A stretch of DNA of 64,000 nt. It comes from Octopus bimaculoides. Lineage: Eukaryota. Below are positions 34,511 to 46,089 of the stretch, in pieces; positions within the stretch are counted from its first letter, which is position 1; every line of letters begins with the position of its first letter. The DNA lies in assembly GCF_001194135.2 (NCBI RefSeq), contig NC_068981.1, positions 147,979,812 through 148,043,811 of the forward strand, given 5' to 3'. Under the pieces are notes generated by a model. The model was not told the DNA's origin and ran no database searches. It saw nothing but the letters and a program-made list of their open reading frames with translations. A program made the position numbers and the translations under genes.

Positions 34511-37057
34511 TATTTATGTCTTTGCAGCCCCTACTGATCATTCTCATTCCCTCTTCTAAATGTGAGCTGCCATGCAATTCCTCTACAACAAGAATGTGCT
34601 CTGTTCCACCCATTTCTCTCATACTTTAATACCTCATCTCCCAGCATTAAGCCAACCACCACCCTCAGAGTTTTTAGTCTTGTGAGCTGCATGATGACCT
34701 CACTAGTGCTGGTAGCAGGGAAAAGCACCCAGTATACACTGCAAAGTGATTGACATTTGGAAGAGCATCCAGACATAGAAACCATGCCAAAGTGGAAACT
34801 GGAGCAAAATGCAGTCCTTGGACTCATCGGATTTTGTCAAACCGTCCAATTCATGTCAGCATTGATCATGGACATTAAATGATGAAAATGATGACGACAA
34901 CGATGACGATGATAACGTTGATGATGATGATGATGACGAGGGTTGATGATTTTTAAACAATCTTCAAAATGCTCTGGTGAGATTTTATAACTGCTAATTT
35001 TAGCTAATTTTATACAATGATATAGAAACTCCTTTCTTGCCATCGACAACACTCTGTCCAGTTTAACACCATATTCTCATGCATCTACAAGGATGCTTCT
35101 ACATGATTCCTAGACCGATTAGAAATAGCAGCCAAATCTTCTTCAAATCACTTTTTTTCGTTTTAAATAAAGAACAGTGCATCAGACAATGAAGACCCTG
35201 ATAAGTAAAAAAGACGAAATGCTCTTCTCAAAATTTATTTATTGTATTTGATGACATAAAGAAGCATGTTCTGCTGGTTCACTTTGATCATAAGTCTGCT
35301 TGATCGTAGATGACCTTGGGCTGAACAACCACTTCAAAGACAATACCTAATCCTTTGATACCCTACATGTCTTTCTCGTCTCAACAGGTTTACATGCAGA
35401 TATCCAGGTTGAATGTCCTCCACATCAACCTCAACAGTTAGAGAGTGTGATCTGCAAAGGTCATGAATACCCTCACTCACATCACTACCACCTCAATCCT
35501 CCTCATTCTTTTAAAAATTGAAATTTTCTCTTCAGTGCTTGTTATCATACATTGAAAAAAACCAGTGTTTTCTCAATACAAAGGGGTAAAAGAATGGTTG
35601 TAATGTCATATAAAATAGTGTTTGTCTCCATTTTATTATAATCTGGTTCACCTCTAGACCTGAAGAGCTATAAAACATTACTAACAAATAAATAAAATTT
35701 TGTTTAAAAAAATGTTTGTAGCAAAGGAATTCTCTGACTCTAACACAGCTTCTGGCTATAAAGTTCAGCAACTTCAACCTAGTCATTCATTTACTATCTC
35801 ACATACACGGCATTATTGACAGAAGTGCCAATCTCAATCAAACATTTGTCAAATGGTTAGATAACCATGGAAACAAGACACATTCAGTTTCAGGCTCTGA
35901 TAGATTTTACTTTACTTATGTAATTATCCTGACATTTTGATCAACTAAAACATAGAGTTTAATAGACATGTTTCTGATATATTTCTTATTTTTTTTATAT
36001 CCTAAAAATTATTATCATAATGTTTTTGAAAAATTAACTTCATCTTTATAAATGAAAAAATGTTTTAACATTTGCATCTGTAGAGTGTTGGTGTGGCTGT
36101 GTGGTTGGTTAAGAAGCTTGCTTCTCAATCATGTGGTCTTAAGTTCAGGAGGGGAGGAGACTAAGGAGGAGGAGGAGGAGAATCTACACTTCATCTTGAT
36201 CAATTTGATCTCTGATTCTCCTCTGTTATCTTATTCTTAGATGTGTTCATCTAGGTGCAGTCAACTGGTGAAGTTGTTAAAACTTGCAACATTTGTTCTG
36301 ACTCTCTAAAGTTTGAGTTCAAATCTCACTGAGATGCACTTTGCCTCTCCTTCCATAAAAAAAAGCTAACAGCACCAGTGCTGGTGCAACCTTCTCTCCC
36401 TCAAGCAGTCACATCATGGACGTTCTGCTGAGTCAATGATGGATGGGCCAACAGGGCATATGTATCTGCTCTCAACTATATGAGCACTTAAAAATAGTTA
36501 ACAAAAGCAAGGTATTTGTTGGCAAGTCATTCTCACTTGTGAGTGACAGCCTTAGTAGTTTACATTATACTGGATTGGATTTATACTCTGAACTTTTATT
36601 TCAAACTTTAAGAGTTATAATGCTCCTACTCACTTGGCCATGTGTGTATCTTGGAATACACATTCAAGGATAAGATACCTGATGATGATAATCAGAGACT
36701 AAGGTTATTAGAATGTTGTTTGAATGCAAATATTAAAACAGTTTTTATCTCTGAAAGTAAAGTTAATAGTTCAAACATTTAGACATTTGATATTCCAAAA
36801 GATTATTCTTCAGAGTTTCTTCATATCAGAGCTGTTCCAGACTTTCTATTAAGAGATGGCTGGAAAGGGTTTTGAACATGTTTACATTTTATAATTTAGT
36901 TGGCTGTGTGGTTATGAAGTTCATTTCACAAACTATGTGGTTCCAGGTTCAGTCCCACTCCATGACACCTCAGGAAAATATCTATAATATCTACAGACAA
37001 TCCAATACCTTGTGAGTAGAATTGGTAGAGAAACTGAGAAGTCCATCTAGTATGTAA

Positions 37058-37090
<33 letters not shown>

Positions 37091-37237
37091 AATGATGTTC
37101 CATGTGTCTTCATTAAAATGGTCTCTTTGTTTAGCACATGAGGGCCAGTGGAATGAAAAAAAAGCACCTTTCTTACAAATCAGACAAGGAAGAGTATCCT
37201 GAAGTAGTAATTCTGACTCAGCAAGTTTAGTCTAACC

Positions 37238-37603
37238 CAATGGTTCTCAATCAGGGTCTATGTGACCCTTAGACATCCATATAAGATTTTGTGTTAAAAT
37301 TTATGAGCCATAAATTGTCTGATGACCTTGGGCTGAACAACCACTTCAAAGACAATACCTGATCCTTTGATACCCTACATGTCTTTCTCGTCTCAACAGG
37401 TTTACATGCAGATATCCAGTTTGAATATCCTCCACATCAATACGCCAAATATTTTAACAATTTTTTAAAATACAATTCCTAATAATATGTAATAATAAAA
37501 ATACAATAGGATCTTTTAAAAATTGAATAGTTATGAGGGTCTATAGATAAACATTGAATTGTTTAGGAGTCCATTGATGAAAAAAAATTATTGAAAACCA
37601 CTA
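37238..37603. mobile_element. hAT (Charlie-like) MITE carrying a 120-bp insertion (37321-37440)
   Basis: Termini CAATGGTTCTCAA and TTGAAAACCACTA. Degenerate 8-bp TSD GTCTAACC/GCCTAATA. The body aligns with the copy at 51495-51702. Confidence 0.7.
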
Positions 37604-37800
37604 GCCTAATACATAGTAGCACAGAAAATGGACACGAAAACAGAATGAGCAAACATAAGACGAAGTGATACAAAATAAAGGAGGTGGAGAAAAGCCTTGT
37701 TTCAGCCTTTGTCCCTACATTGTTGACAATGTTACTCTTTTATTCACATTCACATAAGTTGTCTAAAAATATTCTTTTTTTCTCTCTTATCTAACAGCTA

Positions 37801-38185
37801 GTAGAGGCGCAATGGCCCAGTGGTTAGGGCAGCGGACTCACGGTCATAGGATCAGTTTCTATTACCAGACCGGGCGTTGTGAGTGTTTATTGAGCGAAAA
37901 CACCTAAAGCTACACGAGGCTCTGGCAGGGGATGGTGGCGAACCCTGCTGTACTCTTTCACCACAACTTTCTCTCACTCTTACTTCCTGTTTCTGTTGTG
38001 CTTGTAATTCAAAGGGTCGGCCTTGTCACACTGTGTCACGCTGAATATCCCCGAGAACTACGTTAAAGGTACACGTGTCTATGGAGTGCTCAGCCACTTG
38101 CACGTTAATTTCACGAGCAGGTTGTTCCGTTGATCGGACCAACTGGAACCCTCGACGTCGTAAGCGACAGAGTGCCAACAACAAC
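37801..38185 (+). mobile_element. Full-length tRNA-derived SINE (same family as 7457-7843)
   Basis: Head GAGGCGCAATGGCCCAGTGG; (CAA)n tail; TSD ATC(T/C)AACAGCTA at 37789-37800 and 38186-38197. Confidence 0.9.
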
Positions 38186-38857
38186 ATCCAACAGCTAAAG
38201 TAATAAAATTAAGGAAGAATGTTTATGTCATTGTTGTTGCTTAAGACCCCATTCAGCTCTAATCAGGCTGACTTATGACAAAGACGTTCCAGACATGATC
38301 ATCATGTCTTTTTGTATTTCCAGGATTACATTGGCCAATGGGTCTTTCGTTTTTAAAGACAGAAGAAAAACTGTGTGAGTTTGGGTTTCTATTTCTAGCA
38401 GGTTGACCACTTGCATAGAGGCTCCCACATTTGTTTATATAAAGTATAATATAATAGCTTGAAGTGATTGGTTTTAATCATAGTTGTAACTAGTGTTTCT
38501 GTCAATGATGATTAATAAAGCTACTGCAGAGGGGATTCTCAGTTGACATAGAAACAATGTCATTGGTGTGAGATTAATTTTTGTCAAGGTCTGAACATTT
38601 AGTTATTGTTTCTGCTGAAATGAATTATTCATCTAGGAATAAGACACATCAGAGATCAAAATGATCGATATTTACCAAAAAGAAAAATACACCGCTAACT
38701 AGTTACTAAAGAAATGCTATCATTCAAGTCTGTCCATATAACTGAATACATTAAATAATCATACTGGTTCATGGTTAATTCCCACCCAGTCATTTTATTG
38801 TATATAATACTATCGTAAAATATAACAAAAGGAATATTACAGTGTAACTGGCAATAT

Positions 38858-39168
38858 GTTGGTTATGATGCTGAAGGTTCCAGTTGATCTGATCAACAGA
38901 ACAGCTTGTTCCTGAAATTAATGTGCAAGTGGCTGAGCACTCCACAGAAATGTGTACCCTTAATATAGTTCTCAGGGAGATTCAGCATGACACAGAATGT
39001 GACAAGGCCGGCCCTTTGAAATACAGGTACAACTCATTTTTGACAGCTGAATGGACTGGAGCAACGTGAAATAAAGTGTCTTGCTCAAGGACACAAAACA
39101 TTGCTGGGAATTGAACTCACAACCTTGCAATCGTGAGCTGAATACCCTAACCACTAAACCATGTGCTT
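38858..39168 (-). mobile_element. tRNA-derived SINE, variant with a different central module
   Basis: Head and 3' half match 7457-7843, but the centre reads GTGTCCTTGAGCAAGACACTTTATTTCAC. A partial + copy lies at about 53538-53735. Confidence 0.8.
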
Positions 39169-39196
39169 TCATTATTATAGTGTATATTTGTTTTAA

Positions 39197-39371
39197 CCAT
39201 TTAGCATTCAGATTACTCTGTCAAATATAATATTTTTGTGATTTTGATGATATTATTGTATAATTTTAGAATGACATTGTAGGGTAGGTGTAAGAGGCTG
39301 GATCTTGACTGTTTGAACATAAAACAGGTAAGATATTTGGGCTGGATATGGCTGGTTTAAATGCTAAAGAT
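39197..39371. mobile_element. piggyBac-like MITE
   Basis: TTAA at 39193-39196 and 39372-39375; TIRs CCATTTAGCATT and AATGCTAAAGAT. Confidence 0.75.
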
Positions 39372-40454
39372 TTAAATGCTTATCATGACTACCATATTGT
39401 AATTGTTTTAGTCCGAATACAATGAACTCAGATCAAGTCACTTATCAAACAAGTACAGCTCCAAAACATATTAAATGTCGTTATTTTCACTTTTCACTTA
39501 TGTTCACTTTTCCATGCTTGCATGGGTCGGAGGAAATTTGTTGAGGCGGATTTCCCTACAACCAGATGCCCTTCTTGATGCCAACTCTCACCTATTTCTA
39601 AGAAAGGTAATATTTCCCTACAACCAGACATGTTTACATGGAAGACTGGAAACAAAGGGCACCACTTGCATTATGGTGACTCTTCTTTACAACTGTCATG
39701 TGATGTCAAAGCAAAGGAGCAATGGCACAAACACACTCACACACACATATACACACAAGCATATACATGCACACACACACACATATCATCATCATCAAAT
39801 GGACTTCTTTTAGTTTCCATCTGCATGTACAAGGCTTTCATTGACCTCAGACTATAGTAAAAGTCACTTGCCCAAGATGCCATCTAGTAAGATTGAACCC
39901 AAAGTCATGTAGCTGAGAAGCAAAGTTCTTACCACACAGCCATGCTAATGCTTATAAAAGTTTTAAAGATTTTTTAGGAACTAAGGGTATGATAAGGTCC
40001 ACGAAGCTGAAGACCAAATGGAGAGTTAAAACCCCTCATTGATTGAAATGATAGAGAATATTACTCTCTGCATACCATACCATTTTCATCACTGTCTCTT
40101 TAACAGTTTCATTACTACAGAAGTTTTAGAGCAGAGGTCCACATCCTTCTATATTCCATTATTGAAAGTAAATTTATTCCAACTCTGTTCTAATCAATAA
40201 TTTGTGTTTACACTTCTACCAAAATAAAACAACCCAACAAAGAGGCAAATGAAAAACTGTTTTTAAACATCATTTTGAAATAATAATAGTAATAATAATA
40301 ATAATTGTTCAAAACACTTATATTTCTCTTTGTTATAGGTGCTGGCATGGATATGATGTAAGAAATTTGCTTCTCTACTACATGGTTTCAATCCCACTGC
40401 ATAGCACGTTGGGCAAGTGCCTTCTACTGTAGCTTCGGGCTGACTAAAGCTCTC

Positions 40455-40469
40455 ATCATCATCATCATC

Positions 40470-40519
<50 letters not shown>

Positions 40520-40860
40520 TTAACGTCTGTTGTACATGCCGGCATGGGTTGGATGGTTTGACTGGGCTGGCACACTGGAAGGCTGCACCAGGCCCCAGTC
40601 TGATTTGGCATGGTTTTCTATGGCTGGATGCCCTTCCTAATGCCAACCACTCTGAGAGCGTAATGAGTGCTTTTATGTGCCACCGGATTGGGTGCCATTT
40701 GTGTGACTCCGGAGTGCTTTTATGTGCCACCGGCATGGGTGTCAATTTGCATGACACTGGTATCTGCCATGACTGTAATTTTGCTTGGCTTGATGGGTCT
40801 TCTTCTCAAGCATGGCATAATGCCAAAGGTCTCAGTCATTGCCTCCATGAGGCCCAACAC
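40455..40860 (-). mobile_element. 5'-truncated RTE LINE 3' end nested in a SINE
   Basis: (CAT)n tail 40455-40520, then the reverse complement of the RTE 3' end, and LMEAMTETFG..LEKKT similar to the RTE C-terminus at about 28060-28130. The host SINE is split (40325-40452 and 40861-40900). Related short RTE-tailed copies lie at about 13410-13520, 16850-17060, 39500-39740, 41000-41165, 45060-45250, 47580-47790 and 51860-52040. Confidence 0.75.
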
Positions 40861-41169
40861 TTCTGAGTGGATTTGGTAGATGGAAACTGAAAGAAGCCTA
40901 TCAGACATGTGGGTGGGGTGTTTATGTGTGTTCTTGAGTGTGTGTTTGTGTTACTGTCTCATTGCCTTGATACTACATTATAAATGTAAATGAGTATCAC
41001 CATTAGGCAAGCAATACCTATCATTTCCAATCTTCCATGGAAACATGTCTGAAAATATTACCTTACTTAGAAACAGGTGAGGATTGGTGACAGGAAGAGT
41101 GTGAGGCCATAGAAAATCTTCCTCAACAAATTCCATCTGAGCCATGTGTGCATGGAAAATGAAGCATAA

Positions 41170-41435
41170 ATTGATGATGACGACAACAACAATGATGATG
41201 ATGACGTTGATGACGAAGGTGATGATGATGATGATGATGATGATGAGGAGGAGGAGGAGGAGGAGGAGGAGGATGACGACGACGATGACGACGATGATGA
41301 TGATGATGATGGGGATGACGATGATGATGATGATGATGGGGATGACGATGATGACGACGATGATGATGATGATGATAACAATGACAACAATGACGAAGAT
41401 GATGACGACGACAATGACGATAATGGTGATGATAA
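41170..41435 (+). repeat. Compound (GAT/GAC/GAG/AAT)n trinucleotide tract (expanded retroposon tail)
   Basis: About 260 bp of GAT-based triplets directly after an RTE-type 3' end. It produces the low-complexity ORFs at 40978-41482. Confidence 0.9.
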
Positions 41436-42239
41436 ACAAAGGACAAACAGACACCAGAACCAAACTCAGTTTTCTGAATTAAACCACTCCATTAGCATCA
41501 GCACAGTAATTAGGATGTATACAATACAGATAATTAAATCCCAAGAGTAGAAAGGAAAAAATTTATTTTTTCACAAAATATGTCTACTTCAAATTTTCCT
41601 CTCATTTTCAGATTTTTCTTAAACACAAAAAAACAAATTATGTACTAATCCATATTCAGCAAATTTACCTGCTGCTTAGATGAAATTTATTCCCTGGGGT
41701 AAATTTATCCAGCTCGGGAAACCCTCATTTAGTGAGAATCTATAACATTAACCTACATGCTAGTCCAACTTAATTGACCAATTTTTATAAATAAAAATTC
41801 TATGCCAATGTTAAATTTTATACTTCTCTTTGGAATTTGATAAATATAATAATTAATTAGATTTAACAATTTGTTCTTGTCAGGAAGTAATTTTACTAAT
41901 GCAGTTTTCCCGTTTGTGTTTTATATGGCACTTAACACTTTTCACAAAGGCTGTTAATGTCATAAATTGGTGGATTTCATTATTTATAATATTTCTGACA
42001 TCAGAAATAAAATTGAATATATGTCATTGTGAAAATATTAGGGGTTAGAAAACATTTTTTGGCCAGGTTGATTAACACACGCATGCCAGCATGGCTACGT
42101 GGGAAGAAGCTTGTTTCCCAACCACACAGATCTGGGTTCAGTCCCACTGCATGACACCTGAGCAATCATCTTCTACCATAACCTCAGGCTGACCAAAGCC
42201 TCGTGAGTGGACTTAGTATACAGAAACTAAAAGAAACCC

Positions 42240-42241
<2 letters not shown>

Positions 42242-42312
<71 letters not shown>

Positions 42313-43100
42313 NNNNNNNNNNNNNNNNNNNNNNNNNNNNNNNNNNNNNNNNNNNNNNNNNNNNNNNNNNNNNNNNNNNNNNNNNNNNNNNNNNNNNNNN
42401 NNNNNNNNNNNNNNNNNNNNNNNNNNNNNNNNNNNNNNNNNNNNNNNNNNNNNNNNNNNNNNNNNNNNNNNNNNNNNNNNNNNNNNNNNNNNNNNNNNNN
42501 NNNNNNNNNNNNNNNNNNNNNNNNNNNNNNNNNNNNNNNNNNNNNNNNNNNNNNNNNNNNNNNNNNNNNNNNNNNNNNNNNNNNNNNNNNNNNNNNNNNN
42601 NNNNNNNNNNNNNNNNNNNNNNNNNNNNNNNNNNNNNNNNNNNNNNNNNNNNNNNNNNNNNNNNNNNNNNNNNNNNNNNNNNNNNNNNNNNNNNNNNNNN
42701 NNNNNNNNNNNNNNNNNNNNNNNNNNNNNNNNNNNNNNNNNNNNNNNNNNNNNNNNNNNNNNNNNNNNNNNNNNNNNNNNNNNNNNNNNNNNNNNNNNNN
42801 NNNNNNNNNNNNNNNNNNNNNNNNNNNNNNNNNNNNNNNNNNNNNNNNNNNNNNNNNNNNNNNNNNNNNNNNNNNNNNNNNNNNNNNNNNNNNNNNNNNN
42901 NNNNNNNNNNNNNNNNNNNNNNNNNNNNNNNNNNNNNNNNNNNNNNNNNNNNNNNNNNNNNNNNNNNNNNNNNNNNNNNNNNNNNNNNNNNNNNNNNNNN
43001 NNNNNNNNNNNNNNNNNNNNNNNNNNNTATATATATTTATATTTATATTTATATATACATTTATATTTATATTTATATATACATATATATATATTTATAT
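42242..43100. other. Largest assembly gap (N 42313-43027) flanked by (TG)n/(TA)n microsatellites
   Basis: Run of N. Other gaps: 11808-12092, 13770-13817, 17146-17209, 20438-20691, 31212-31301, 50081-50090, 61383-61392. Confidence 0.98.
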
Positions 43101-45377
43101 ATAATTCCAAGAGTGTTAAAGGTTGTGAATCCAACCAACTAAGGGATTATATCTATCCAATATACTGCTGGTAGAATACCCAATTATTAATACACAAGTG
43201 ATTTTTCATTGCATGGCAATTACATTACCGAGTGTAATAAATGGGTAAGGGTAAAAAGTTATTTTACCCGTAATTTATACAGCAATAAGAAAATGCTGTT
43301 CTCAACCCTGGGCTTCTTTTTTGCCTCTCCCTAGCTTTGTTGGTTGTGAATTGTCATTACTGCTTCTGTAACTTTGCTTTTTTTCTAGGTAGAGGTGTTA
43401 GCCAAACACAAACCCATGTTTACCTCAGCAAAAAGGCAATCCGTATTAGTTTGGCCTCTATCTTTTGACCTTGTGATGGGAATAAACTTATTTAGTTTTA
43501 TGGGTACTGCAGTATGTGATGGGGCTTAATTCAAACTTGGAAGAGTCACTAACTATGAGAAATTTATCAACGTAAAATGTAGTATTTTTAGGAAAGAGAA
43601 AATATGGAGTTGTGACACATATTTTCTGTCTAAGATAAACAATGGTAGAAATAAACTGGAAACCCCAACCAGGAAGATCTGAACTACTGATGGAGAAATT
43701 ATGTTCGTTCTACATATTTACCTAGAGTAAAATATTAGTGGATAAGCACATGATAATAAATTCAAATTCTACTACATTTGATTCTGCTTAACAGCTTAAC
43801 TTCTCAAAGCTCTGAACTATTTTCATTCAAAAGTCTTTGTAAAATTGATTGGTTAATTTTTTAATCTTTTACTTGTTTCTGTCATTTAACTGCAGCCATG
43901 CTGGGGAACCACCTTGAAGAATTCATTTTAGCTGAATCGACCCCAGTACTTATTTTTTTAGCCTGGTACTTATTCTATTGGTGCCTTTTGCCAAACTGCT
44001 AAATTACAGGGACGTAAACACACCAACACTGGTTGTCAAGCAGTGGTAAGGGACAAACACAGACACATATAAATATATATCTACATATATGATGGGCTTC
44101 TTTCAGTTTCCATCTACCAAATCCATTCATAAGACTTTTGTAGGCCTGAGGCTATAGAAGAAGACATTTGCTCAAGGTGCCATGCAATGGAACTGAACTT
44201 GGAACCACATGGTTTGGAAGCAAACTTCTTACCACACAGCCATGCCTGTTTCAGAGTTTTCTAATCTTGAGTGAAAGAATTGGCAGATTGTTTCATAAAA
44301 TTGAATTATATACAATATGAATAAAGTGTCCTCTCAAGACAATGTAGAGTTGGGAGAACCTTTTCTTCCTGTTCTGTTGAGGACATGGCAAATTCTCTAG
44401 GATTGGCCCCAGAAATAAAAAGCACTCACTACACAATACAATGTGATTGATATTAGAAAATGCATCCAACCACAGAAACAATACCAAATAAAATATACAA
44501 GTGAGATATGTTTCCAGACACATTTAGGAGGGTGATAACTCCAAATAAGGGCACAGACTATGACAAGTCATCCAAGCCATACTACCATAAAAAACAATTG
44601 TAAAATGACGATGATGATTAATTTGTGATGAGTTAAAATGACAGTACTTCATGTTTGCAAACAACTGATGTCAAAAGAGTTAAAATGTCTTCTAGTTATT
44701 CTTATCATTTCAGTAAATTAAAAGTTGAGATGCCACTGTATTTCTATCTTGTTTTTAATTGCATAATTAATTTCTTTAATAAGTAAATCTTCATTGTAGA
44801 TAAAATAAGTAAGATGATAGTTTTGAATTAAGTGACAAATAGACACTTTTTCTGTTTTTTTGGCTTTTTTTTTTTTAATTATCAATTGAATTTTATTCAT
44901 TCACAAGATTCTAGCTGTTATCATTTAGTAATTCAAAGTCTACAGAAGTCATTGTTGGAATGTATAAATTTGGCTCACAGGTTTGTCATGCCAATGTAAA
45001 TCAATAAAAAATAATTAGCATTGCTTAGATAGATTAACATCACCATCATTGTTTTAATGACCACTTTTTCATGCTTGCATGGGTCAGACAGATTTTGTTG
45101 TTGTAGATTTCCTATGGCCAGACCCAGACACCCTTTCTGTAGCCGGTCCTTTCCCCCATAATCAGACATACTCTCTAAGAATATTGGGAATTAAGGATAC
45201 TGCTTGTGTAATGGTGATACTTGTTGATACTTGTTATTACTATCACACAATGACCAGGCAAGGAGTAACATACATGCATATACATATAGTATGTAGTTAG
45301 AGTTATAATCCAAGTTGTGTCTTGTGAACATGTTATAATTGTGTGAGACTATAATATTTACAGAGTAATTACAAATC

Positions 45378-46089
45378 CAGTGGCAGCTTGTAGATAAAAT
45401 TAGTGGGGGTGCTGCTTCAGAAATTTTTTAGCCATTGTTTTAATATTGTGTAAAAGTAAACAAAGATATAAAAAGAATATTTATACATAAACTTGACTGG
45501 TTCGCATTTTAGCCCCTGCCGGGTAGTGTGTTTAATTTGTTCACTGAACATCACCACAAATTCCCCCTTATTTTCCAAAAATCCCCCCCAAATCACAAAA
45601 TAAGGGGGGAAAATCTGCCCTATTTTTCAAATCCCGGCAGCAGCACTGTAGCTGGAAGCAGGATAATAATCTAATTCTACACTTTATAACATTCAAGAAT
45701 ATAAACACGTTTTTAAGCACAACACATGTAGAGTCAAAAAGAAACACTACTTTTCACCAGCATGCCAGGGTTGGCACAGTGTGAACCACAGTGCTCTCTC
45801 TCACTAGCATGCAGCTTCCTATCTCAGACATGTGAGCATGCACACAACAGCCAAACACTGTGTTGCTGGAACTATGAAGTGCACAGTTCTAAACAAGGAT
45901 TTTTGTATTTTTTTCATAAACTAGGGGCTTTTCAATGGCTATTGACATTAAGCTTAAGAATTATATAATGTACAAGTATAAAGAAAGAATTAAAGGAAAA
46001 AGGACTCATTATATTGAATGTTATTGATAATATAGAGTGGAAATAGGGGGCGCTGCAGTTCTGCAGTGCCCATACACAAGCTGCCACTG
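45378..46089. mobile_element. Non-autonomous hAT element
   Basis: Perfect 14-bp TIRs CAGTGGCAGCTTGT (45378-45391) and ACAAGCTGCCACTG (46076-46089). Perfect 8-bp TSD TACAAATC at 45370-45377 and 46090-46097. Confidence 0.9.

Noticed and set aside
40978-41482. Poly-Ser, poly-His, poly-Ile and poly-Met ORFs
   Set aside because: Translations of a (GAT)n microsatellite.
42184-43174. Long ORFs of about 290-320 aa (also 20390-20836 and 11707-12164)
   Set aside because: Artefacts of N gaps and flanking dinucleotide repeats.
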